A DNA stretch of 47,313 nt from Parcubacteria group bacterium (GCA_016784305.1 JADHUY010000001.1:1-47313), one strand, 5' to 3'; counted from the first letter of the stretch, positions 1 to 7,065 are shown. Notes: generated by a model not told the origin, from the sequence alone. Translations and numbers: made by a program.

Positions 1-181
1 AGCTTCTTGTTGGCACTTCATGCCAACCGCCTGTTGAGTCTCTCTTACACCATTTCACAATGGCGCTTTGAGAAAAACCGGTATATCTTGCTACTTTTCT
101 TGTACTCCATCCCCGGTACTTTACGAGACGCACTGCGTCCCTTCGCACCTTTCCCATGTTTGGATTTGTTGTGTATGCCAT
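1..181 (-). mobile_element. 5' portion of a transposase gene (HTH N-terminus, IS481/IS3-like integrase-type), running off the left edge
   Basis: Reverse-strand ATG at 181..179. It translates to MAYTTNPNMGKVRRDAVRLVKYRGWSTRKVARYTGFSQSAIVKWCKRDSTGGWHEVPTRS with no stop before position 1. It is absent from the ORF track because it is edge-truncated. Positions 99..181 are 79/83 identical, inverted, to 47231..47313. Confidence 0.6.
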
Positions 182-236
182 ATATTTGCATTTTACTCTC
201 TTGGGTGATGCAAAGGTATTGAACCATTGCAAAGCA

Positions 237-265
237 TTGACGCTCCTATGAGAGCGTGCTATTAT
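237..265 (+). promoter_or_regulatory. sigma70-like promoter TTGACG-17 nt-TATTAT upstream of the GC-rich ORF 334..1119
   Basis: TTGACG at 237..242, a 17-nt spacer, then TATTAT at 260..265. Small hairpins follow in the ~70-nt leader. Confidence 0.4.
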
Positions 266-333
266 TCGAAAACCTGTGCACCCGTACAGGCAAAAAGTCC
301 CAATGATTTGGGCCAAAAAAGAAAGATAGTACA

Positions 334-1119
334 TTGGAAAATTTGGTAAAAGAGACAGCGCCACCAGCCTGGCACGATTCCGTCCTCAACCGCGGGGACG
401 GGATATTATCTTCCGATAAAACATTTGGGGCGGCATTTGCGGCTGGCGCGATATGCGCCGAAATTCTCGCGACATCAGCGCCGAAGCGACACCATGAATT
501 GCTTCAGCTTATCGAAGGGCTTGTGGCAAGATTTGCCGGCACATCATACATGGTTCTGGTTCCGGTCCTTATCATAAGGCAGGCTACATTGAAGCTCGCT
601 CGGGAGGCCGTCCTTCATGACATCAACAAAATCCTTTGCTGCGACGACGAAAAAGCCTCGAAGACCGAATTGATTTGCAATATTGTCAATGGCGATGGTG
701 TCATGTTCCCAGATCACGCCGACTACATTCTTCATGCTGTTCTGGCTTTAAACGAACCAAGCGTCGTCAACGACGATACCATATGGTTCATCGCCGCCGT
801 TGCGAAGCTGGAAGCCATGGCCAAAATGCGGCTGACAGTTAATCCAGATGTTTGGAACATGTCACGTCTGGTGGCGGTGGCAAACCAAATGCCGCACCCA
901 TACGTGGCCGAACCATCTCCGGAAATCGTTTCGGCGATTGAAGACAAGGCCGACGATGACCGACAAGTCAACGGCCACCCGGTCGCCATCGAGGCAACGG
1001 ACCATGGAGATGGCGCAGACCTGCCCGATGTTCATCAAATCGATGGGACGACGAGGCCCGTTGGGACCAACATACAGAAAGCGCAGCAACCGGCGCTCAA
1101 TCAACACGGCGCCGACTAG
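334..1119 (+). CDS. hypothetical protein (GC-rich orphan, TTG start)
   Basis: 261-aa ORF with clearly higher GC than its surroundings and its own promoter-like box and terminator. I recognised no family motif. Confidence 0.6.
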   Translation: MENLVKETAPPAWHDSVLNRGDGILSSDKTFGAAFAAGAICAEILATSAPKRHHELLQLIEGLVARFAGTSYMVLVPVLIIRQATLKLAREAVLHDINKILCCDDEKASKTELICNIVNGDGVMFPDHADYILHAVLALNEPSVVNDDTIWFIAAVAKLEAMAKMRLTVNPDVWNMSRLVAVANQMPHPYVAEPSPEIVSAIEDKADDDRQVNGHPVAIEATDHGDGADLPDVHQIDGTTRPVGTNIQKAQQPALNQHGAD

Positions 1120-1138
1120 GCGCCGACAACAAGACGGA

Positions 1139-1186
1139 CGCGACGCTGGGGAGAGTTTCCCCACGTCGCGGGCCGGCTTTTTTATT
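1139..1186 (+). terminator. rho-independent terminator of ORF 334..1119
   Basis: cgcgacg/cgtcgcg stem with an inner tgggg/cccca pairing, followed by ggccggc and a T6 run. Confidence 0.7.
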
Positions 1187-1253
1187 TTATAGACACTACA
1201 AACTATTTTACACAACCTTTTATATAACCTTCATCTAATTTCAACCGAGCCCA

Positions 1254-1281
1254 AAAATACTCCAGTATACTGGAGTATTTT
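1254..1281. repeat. 28-nt perfect palindrome AAAATACTCCAGTATACTGGAGTATTTT (TCCA/TGGA-core family)
   Basis: Read directly. The arms resemble those of the palindromes at 1391..1420 and 23089..23108. Confidence 0.85.
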
Positions 1282-1294
1282 AGTGTTTCTTAAG

Positions 1295-1359
1295 GATGCT
1301 TTTGAGATACTTTTGAGATACTTTTGAGATACTTTTGAGATACTTTTGAGATACTTTTA
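1295..1359. repeat. tandem repeat, 11-bp unit CTTTTGAGATA, 5 perfect copies plus partial copies at both ends
   Basis: Perfect units at 1299-1309, 1310-1320, 1321-1331, 1332-1342 and 1343-1353, with a partial unit at each end. Confidence 0.95.
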
Positions 1360-1390
1360 CATATACACACATGCCCTGTTACTACTAAAA

Positions 1391-1420
1391 CAAAATAGTC
1401 CAATTCATTGGACTATTTTG
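1391..1420 (-). terminator. hairpin terminator downstream of the SET-domain gene (palindrome CAAAATAGTCCAAT-tc-ATTGGACTATTTTG)
   Basis: 14-nt arms. On the minus strand the hairpin is followed by TTTTAG. Confidence 0.6.
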
Positions 1421-1443
1421 GGATTTTTATTTCTTTACTTTCT

Positions 1444-1923
1444 TTACTTTTTCTTGGTCTTTTTCTTAGAATTTTTCTTAACCTTGCCAGAACCGTCACA
1501 ATGTCCACATTTACAATGGCCTTTTATATACTCATCAAAATACTCTTTGCCATAGTCATATGTGAGCTCCTCTCCCTCTTTTATATTTTTAATAGCGTAG
1601 ATATACACATGACTTCCATCAATTTCTGACTCACAATTTTCCCTACAAGAATGATTGATATAGCGAGCCGTGTTGTATCTAGGAGAACCATCTATCACTC
1701 TCCTAGTACTTATATCAAAAAGGTATTTCGTCCCGCGCTCATTTGCTGTAGCAGTTGGCACTATCTCTCCTTTATACTCAATAACAAAATCCCGCTTCTT
1801 AATGGCATCAGTTGTGTAAAGCCCGAAACCAGCGCCTGCTTGTGCTCGCTTTACCACAAGACCCTCTTTCATTATCTTCTTTTTACTCATTTTATTACTA
1901 CTTGAGTAAGTACCATATAACAT
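1444..1923 (-). CDS. SET-domain protein (putative lysine methyltransferase) with Cys-rich post-SET segment and Lys-rich C-terminal tail
   Basis: RYINHSCRENC (NHSC motif), EELTYDYG (ELxYDY motif), CKCGHCDGSG, and the tail KKNSKKKTKKK. Confidence 0.85.
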   Translation of the reverse strand: MLYGTYSSSNKMSKKKIMKEGLVVKRAQAGAGFGLYTTDAIKKRDFVIEYKGEIVPTATANERGTKYLFDISTRRVIDGSPRYNTARYINHSCRENCESEIDGSHVYIYAIKNIKEGEELTYDYGKEYFDEYIKGHCKCGHCDGSGKVKKNSKKKTKKK

Positions 1924-2094
1924 AAATAGAAAACTGCCTATACGGGCTTGACTTATATTTTCAAATGGAATATCCTATCTGCACGTATGAATATAAGAAC
2001 ACAAAATCTACGACATTGGATGCAGACACTTCTTCGAGGAAGTGTGGGCGTGTTCTGTGTTCGTTAATCTATTAAACAACCAGAAGGTACCTAC

Positions 2095-2116
2095 CCTCCC
2101 TCGCGGAGGTTTTTTA
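2095..2116 (+). terminator. weak terminator-like hairpin (CCTCC-ctcgc-GGAGG followed by T6)
   Basis: 5-bp GC stem plus a T6 run on the plus strand in a region with no annotated plus-strand gene upstream. Confidence 0.3.
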
Positions 2117-2139
2117 AATCCCAAGGGTCAGGCTTCATG

Positions 2140-2440
2140 TGAAATTTGAAGATCTTTAATGGAGGCTCATATGACGCACAACACTCACATGACTCGCCGC
2201 TGGAGCTAGTCTGCTCAAGCAATACTAAGATGCGCCCCAGCGATTGCAAGCGCATTTTGGTAGGCGCCGGAACCCAAAAAGTCGGATTCCGGCAACCTCA
2301 ATTTCTACCAAAACGGAGCATGCGAAAATGGTCTATGACTATCCGCGTCCGTGGCCAGGACCCCCGCACCCTGGGGAGCCCTAGGCACAACAACTAGGAT
2401 TCTGTCGGCTCGAATTCTACGAGCCGGCAGATACCCTATA
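2140..2440. ncRNA. candidate structured RNA or structured hisS leader, class unknown
   Basis: A GC-rich ~300-nt non-coding block in AT-rich surroundings. It has nested helices: ttttggtag 2254-2262 pairs with ctaccaaaa 2305-2313, enclosing gccggaa/ttccggc. Other hairpins are atgcgc/gcgcat and ctgtcggctcg/cgagccggcag. The overlapping 83-aa ORF has no RBS and an odd amino-acid composition. Confidence 0.25.
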
Positions 2441-2474
2441 TATTACAAATCTACTAAGAGAGGCTATTTTAAGC

Positions 2475-2480
2475 TACAAT
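2475..2480 (+). promoter_or_regulatory. -10-like box TACAAT 6 nt upstream of the hisS ATG (leaderless-type)
   Basis: TACAAT-aataaa-ATG with no SD. Confidence 0.35.
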
Positions 2481-2486
2481 AATAAA

Positions 2487-3737
2487 ATGGAAAAGAAGAA
2501 AAAAGGGATTTCAACAGATTCGTACAAAGGAGTACGGGATTTTTACCCTGCACAACAATTTGTCCAAAACTATATTATAGACACAATGGCTTCTGTATCC
2601 GAGTCTTTTGGCTATAGCGAGTATTCAGCATCAATACTGGAGCCAACAGAGCTTTACCGCAGTAAAACGAGTGAGGAGATAGTAAATGAGCAAACATATA
2701 ACTTTACAGATCGCGGAGAGCGTGAGGTGACTTTGCGTCCAGAGATGACCCCTACTGTGGCAAGAATGCTTGCTGCAAAACGCAAAGAACTTTCATTTCC
2801 ACTTCGCTGGTACTCTATCCCTAACCTATTTCGATATGAGAGACCACAACGTGGACGACTTCGCGAACACTGGCAGTTAAATGCAGATATATTCGGAGTA
2901 ACCGGGCTTGATGCAGAAGTGGAGATAATAGCTCTAGCTTCTTCAATAATGCGCACGTTTGGTGCAGAGGATTCTGACTTTGAGATAAGAATAAGCGACC
3001 GAGCGCTTCTTGAATCTGTGTTTGACGAGCTTGACGTTTCAGTTGACGAAAGAGCGAGCGTAATGAGGCTTCTTGATAAGCGCGACAAAATAGATGACTT
3101 CTCTCAAAAGCTATCGAAGCTCACTGGAGATAAATCTAGCAAACTAGAAGAGCTCCTATCTCGAGCAAGCTCATCTAAAAACCTAGAAGAGGTTATCTCT
3201 AGGCTTGAAACACAAGGTATAAAAAATGTCGTAGTTGACACTTCTATTGTGCGCGGTTTTGACTATTACACTGGGATAGTCTTTGAAGTCTATGACGTAG
3301 GCGACGAGAACAACCGTTCTATTTTTGGTGGTGGCCGCTATGACAACCTTCTTTCAATATTTGAAAGTGAGGCTCTTCCTGCTGTAGGTTTTGGAATGGG
3401 TGATGTTGCCCTATCAGACTTCCTTGAGACCTATGGCCTAATACCGAAATACGAATCCACAACCGACTTGTATCTGTGCACACTCACTGCTGACTTGGTA
3501 GATTTCTCAAATCAGCTTGCGAAAGAGCTTAGAAGTGAAGGCTTAAATGTAGAGGTAAACATCTCTAACAAAAAAGTAGGAGACCAGATAAAACTTGCAA
3601 GTAAGAAGTCAATTCCCTACATAATATGTGTTGGAGAAGATGAAGTAAAAAGTGAAAAATATAAGCTTAAAAACCTAGAGACGGGAGAAGAAAAGGAAGT
3701 TGCCAAAGAAGACATCTCGGCAACTATTTGGAGCTAA
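2487..3737 (+). CDS. hisS: histidine--tRNA ligase
   Basis: KGVRDFYP, FRYERPQRGRLREHWQ (class II motif 2) and a GGGRYD-type motif. Confidence 0.95.
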   Translation: MEKKKKGISTDSYKGVRDFYPAQQFVQNYIIDTMASVSESFGYSEYSASILEPTELYRSKTSEEIVNEQTYNFTDRGEREVTLRPEMTPTVARMLAAKRKELSFPLRWYSIPNLFRYERPQRGRLREHWQLNADIFGVTGLDAEVEIIALASSIMRTFGAEDSDFEIRISDRALLESVFDELDVSVDERASVMRLLDKRDKIDDFSQKLSKLTGDKSSKLEELLSRASSSKNLEEVISRLETQGIKNVVVDTSIVRGFDYYTGIVFEVYDVGDENNRSIFGGGRYDNLLSIFESEALPAVGFGMGDVALSDFLETYGLIPKYESTTDLYLCTLTADLVDFSNQLAKELRSEGLNVEVNISNKKVGDQIKLASKKSIPYIICVGEDEVKSEKYKLKNLETGEEKEVAKEDISATIWS

Positions 3738-3755
3738 AGAACTTTATATCTTAAT

Positions 3756-4331
3756 ATGAGAAAGGTCGTTTTTGATATTGAAACTAGCAACGAATTTAGC
3801 GAAGTGGGCAAATTTGACCTAAGGCTACTTGATATATCCATAGTTGGTGTTTACGACTCTGAGAAAGACTCATACAGAGCATACTTGGTAGAAGAATTAG
3901 TAGAACTATGGCCCATAATTGAAAAAACTGATGTGTTAATTGGGTACAATTCTGACCACTTCGATATCCCTCTTCTAAATAAGTACTACCATGGAGATTT
4001 AGCTACTATAAAAAGCGTAGACTTATTAAAGGAAATTAAAAACTCTCTAGGCAAACGCCTAAAGCTAGACTCGGTAGCAGAGGCTACTCTTGGCGTAAAC
4101 AAAAGTGGTCATGGATTGGATGCAATTAAGTGGTGGCGTGACGGTGAAGTTGAGAAAGTAAAAAAGTACTGTCTTGATGATGTAAAGATAACAAAAGACC
4201 TATATGACTACGCACTTAAGAATGGGCATCTTAAATACAAAGACTGGGACGGTATTAAGACAATAGAGCTAGATACTTCAAACTGGGAAGAAAAAGAGGA
4301 CTCGGCTCTTACTCACACACTTCCATTTTAG
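3756..4331 (+). CDS. DEDD-family 3'-5' exonuclease (RNase H-like fold)
   Basis: FDIET (Exo I), YNSDHFDIPLL (Exo II) and YCLDDVKITKDLY (Exo III, YxxxD). Confidence 0.75.
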   Translation: MRKVVFDIETSNEFSEVGKFDLRLLDISIVGVYDSEKDSYRAYLVEELVELWPIIEKTDVLIGYNSDHFDIPLLNKYYHGDLATIKSVDLLKEIKNSLGKRLKLDSVAEATLGVNKSGHGLDAIKWWRDGEVEKVKKYCLDDVKITKDLYDYALKNGHLKYKDWDGIKTIELDTSNWEEKEDSALTHTLPF

Positions 4332-4377
4332 TGTGGTAAAATAGAAGAAATATATGTTCTGAAGAAAGGAGAGGTGT

Positions 4378-4491
4378 ATGGCTGAGACTTTTGCATTAGA
4401 ATTCCTATCCATCATCATAATAATTCCAGCTCTAGGTGGTATGAGTTTATATGGGGTAGTAACCGCCTTAAAGTGGTATTTCAAGGATTAG
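4378..4491 (+). CDS. small hydrophobic protein, 37 aa (below the ORF-track cutoff)
   Basis: Strong SD GAAAGGAGAGG 4 nt before the ATG. Sequence MAETFALEFLSIIIIIPALGGMSLYGVVTALKWYFKD contains one TM-like segment. A GC-rich terminator lies 27 nt downstream. Confidence 0.45.
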   Translation: MAETFALEFLSIIIIIPALGGMSLYGVVTALKWYFKD

Positions 4492-4517
4492 CTGGACGGG
4501 GCGTATAAATAAAGTTG

Positions 4518-4547
4518 TGGCCGCGCGCTAAGCGCGCGGCCATTTTA
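4518..4547. terminator. GC-rich hairpin terminator (tggccgcgcgc-taa-gcgcgcggcca followed by TTTT), between convergent genes
   Basis: 11-bp perfect stem and a T run on the plus strand. It sits 10 nt from the uppP stop on the minus strand. Confidence 0.75.
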
Positions 4548-4551
4548 CCTA

Positions 4552-5349
4552 CTACAGCAAAAACAAAACTGCTACAGCTAGTATTAAACGGTAAATTATA
4601 AATACATCTAGTGAGTGATTGCGAAGGAATTTAAGCAAATAATGTATTGCAAAAAGTCCCGTTAAAAAGGCGGTTGCCATTGAAAGTGCAATTGCCGTAA
4701 AATTAAATATAAGTACCCCGCTTGAGTAAAGCTCAAACGCCTTAAGAGTTCCAGCACCAATTAAAACTGGAAAACCAAGCATAAATGCAAAACGTGTAGC
4801 ACTCTCTCGCGTTAACCCAAGGAGCATTCCACCTGAAATAGTCATACCTGCGCGACTCATGCCAGGGATAAGAGCTAGGGCTTGAAAGAAGCCGACCCTT
4901 AACCCCATACGTGCGGTTAAAACCCCAGGCTTCTTTGTTGCAACGCGCTCTGCTATAAACATTAAAATGGAGCCAGCAATGAGTGCCCCTGCTACTAGAG
5001 TTGGGTCTCTGAAAGTGGTTCCGATTGAATCTTCAAAGAGGACACCGAGTACAACCGCTGGAATAGTACCGAGAACTAATGCAAAAAGAAGGGTCTTATT
5101 GGTGTTCTCCATCGGCTTCTTTGAAAACCAATTTGAAGCGCCAGTTAGAATCCTTTGAAAATCTTTTCGGAAATAAACAAGTATCGCTGTGGCCGTGGCA
5201 AAATGAAGAAGTGCATCTACGGCCAAGTCATTTGCCCCCTCAATACCAAAAAGTTCCCTCGCTAATATTAGGTGGCCCGAAGATGAAATTGGAAGGAATT
5301 CTGTTATGCCCTGCAAAACTCCTAGGAATATGGCGGAAATTGGATCCAT
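4552..5349 (-). CDS. uppP: undecaprenyl-diphosphate phosphatase
   Basis: EFLPISSSGHLIL motif in a polytopic membrane protein of typical length. Confidence 0.93.
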   Translation of the reverse strand: MDPISAIFLGVLQGITEFLPISSSGHLILARELFGIEGANDLAVDALLHFATATAILVYFRKDFQRILTGASNWFSKKPMENTNKTLLFALVLGTIPAVVLGVLFEDSIGTTFRDPTLVAGALIAGSILMFIAERVATKKPGVLTARMGLRVGFFQALALIPGMSRAGMTISGGMLLGLTRESATRFAFMLGFPVLIGAGTLKAFELYSSGVLIFNFTAIALSMATAFLTGLFAIHYLLKFLRNHSLDVFIIYRLILAVAVLFLL

Positions 5350-5428
5350 TTTTACTGATTATCTATTATGATAGAATGTCTCTACCTTCATAATACTAGC
5401 AACTTTAGCACTAAATTAACATTTACAT

Positions 5429-6142
5429 ATGGAAAACAAACTAACGATTCCAATAGCGATAGTAATAGCAGGGATACTGATTGGTGGTGGGCTATATATT
5501 ACTAACAAAACCCCAGCTGAAAAGGATACTGGTACTGACACTGTGGAGGAGCCTAGGGTTCCTGCAGTAAATTCAAATGACCATATACTTGGCAACCCAG
5601 AAGCTCCTATTGTGTTTGTAGAGTATTCAGATCTTGAGTGTCCATTTTGTAAAGATTTTCACAACTCAATGCACCAAATCATAAACAAATACGGTAAAGA
5701 TGGAACAGTGGCGTGGGTATACCGACACTTCCCTATTACACAGCTTCACTCAAAAGCACCTCGCGAAGCAGAAGCAACAGAATGCGCTGCTTCACTTGGT
5801 GGAAATGATGGATTCTGGGCATACACAGACCGCCTCTATGAAATAACACCATCAAATAATGGACTCGACCTATCCGAACTTCCTAATATCGCAGAGGAAG
5901 TGGGGCTTGATAAAGACGCATTTAATGAATGCCTAAATAGTGGCAATTTTAAAAAGCAAATAGAAAGAAGTTTCCAAGAAGCGGTTGATGCTGGAGCACG
6001 AGGAACTCCACACACTGTGATAATAGTTGGTAACCAACAGGTTCCTATTGAAGGAGCGCAGCCGTTTAGCTCTCTTGATGGCTTTGTACAATCAATACTA
6101 AATGACGGGGGTTTCATCGGAGTGCCAGTCATTGGAAGTTAA
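5429..6142 (+). CDS. membrane-anchored DsbA/thioredoxin-fold thiol:disulfide oxidoreductase
   Basis: N-terminal TM segment and the SDLECPFCKDFH motif (CPFC active site). Confidence 0.85.
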   Translation: MENKLTIPIAIVIAGILIGGGLYITNKTPAEKDTGTDTVEEPRVPAVNSNDHILGNPEAPIVFVEYSDLECPFCKDFHNSMHQIINKYGKDGTVAWVYRHFPITQLHSKAPREAEATECAASLGGNDGFWAYTDRLYEITPSNNGLDLSELPNIAEEVGLDKDAFNECLNSGNFKKQIERSFQEAVDAGARGTPHTVIIVGNQQVPIEGAQPFSSLDGFVQSILNDGGFIGVPVIGS

Positions 6143-6165
6143 TATGGCCCAAAATCAGCCTTTTA

Positions 6166-6189
6166 AACGGCTCATGGCAGTGAGCCGTT
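6166..6189. terminator. hairpin between convergent genes (aacggctca-tggcag-tgagccgtt)
   Basis: 9-bp stem located between the stops at 6142 (+) and 6210 (-). Confidence 0.5.
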
Positions 6190-6209
6190 GCATAAACAAG
6201 AGCCCTTTA

Positions 6210-7049
6210 CTACGAATCTTCTACTAATTCTAGCCTGTAGATGTCGAAAGAATTTTCACCTTCAAACATATCAGATGGGTTGGGCAAATATACTCTTTGG
6301 CGTGTAATCTCATTCGTCGCGTCGTTTATAAGTTTATGAAAAACTGCAAACTCCTCTTCACATTCATCAAAGTTAATAACATGCCTTTTCATTTGTGAGG
6401 AGCCATCAGCATTTTTTGAGCGCTTACATTCTTGAATAATAAATCTCTTAACGGGCTTCTCGTACATAGCAGCAACCGTGTAATAGTTAAATATAGCTTG
6501 CATAATAAACATGGTTTTGTTTGAACCATATTTGCTAAAAGATGCTACAAACTTATGGTCCACAATATCTATTGCGTCCTTGTCGATCTTAGATTCAACA
6601 ACTAAATCAGAAATTGCTTTAAGAGGAAGAGGAAGCCCGTCTACCTCGGCTAGTCCCACGGCCTCTACCCCCAAGACTTTGTGTCGCGGGGCGCGACTTA
6701 AGTAAAAGCCAATCGCCTTTTTATACTCCATTTCCATACTCTGGCGTTTCTTTTTTTGAGCGCTTTTAGTTTTTGCCGCACCAAAATTAATCTCAAAATC
6801 TGCCACATTTTGAATGTACTCTAAACCCTTCTCTATCGCTTCTTCTTTTGAAGAGCCTTTGTAGAAATACTCAAGAGCCAAGTGCCCAGCGCGCCCTATG
6901 AAGGATGCGGGCCCTGATGGCATGTCACTCACCTTCTCTACATAGCGCTTGTACCACGCCAAAGGGTTCCTCATAAGAGACATCAAAGATGAATAGCTCC
7001 AATGCTCAATTGGTGCTTTTCTAAGCTTTCTGGGTGATTTTTGACTCAT
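6210..7049 (-). CDS. PD-(D/E)XK nuclease family protein (RecB/Cas4-like fold, no C-terminal Cys cluster)
   Basis: N-terminal WSYSSLMSLMRNPLAWYKRYV and a D..IDIVDHKF core motif. Confidence 0.65.
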   Translation of the reverse strand: MSQKSPRKLRKAPIEHWSYSSLMSLMRNPLAWYKRYVEKVSDMPSGPASFIGRAGHLALEYFYKGSSKEEAIEKGLEYIQNVADFEINFGAAKTKSAQKKKRQSMEMEYKKAIGFYLSRAPRHKVLGVEAVGLAEVDGLPLPLKAISDLVVESKIDKDAIDIVDHKFVASFSKYGSNKTMFIMQAIFNYYTVAAMYEKPVKRFIIQECKRSKNADGSSQMKRHVINFDECEEEFAVFHKLINDATNEITRQRVYLPNPSDMFEGENSFDIYRLELVEDS

Positions 7050-7056
7050 TTAGACA

Positions 7057-7065
7057 AGTATATCA
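7057..7065 (-). promoter_or_regulatory. extended -10 TGaTATACT 7 nt upstream of the nuclease ATG (leaderless-type)
   Basis: Minus-strand sequence reads TGATATACT-tgtctaa-ATG, with no SD. Confidence 0.35.

Noticed and set aside
1295-1359. Possible CRISPR array
   Set aside because: The units are 11 bp and directly abutting with no spacers, and there are no cas genes. This is a simple tandem repeat. No other spaced direct-repeat array was seen in the window.
2146-2397. 83-aa ORF in the GC-rich block upstream of hisS
   Set aside because: It has no SD or -10-proximal start, an Arg/Ser/Pro-heavy composition typical of a spurious frame through GC-rich structured sequence, and no recognisable motif. 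It is treated as non-coding.
2140-2440. Tried to assign the GC-rich block to RNase P RNA, tmRNA, SRP RNA or a T-box leader
   Set aside because: I found only loose resemblances (for example GGGCUCC..CAGGGUGC, GCUUGAGC, GGAGCAUG), and these lie on inconsistent strands and in inconsistent order. The near-universal signatures are all absent: GGAAAGUCC and ACAGAAnnCGGCUUA; UUCGAC plus a tRNA-like CCA end; AGGUCCGGAAGGAAGCAGC; and GGGUGGUACCGCG. The class is left open.
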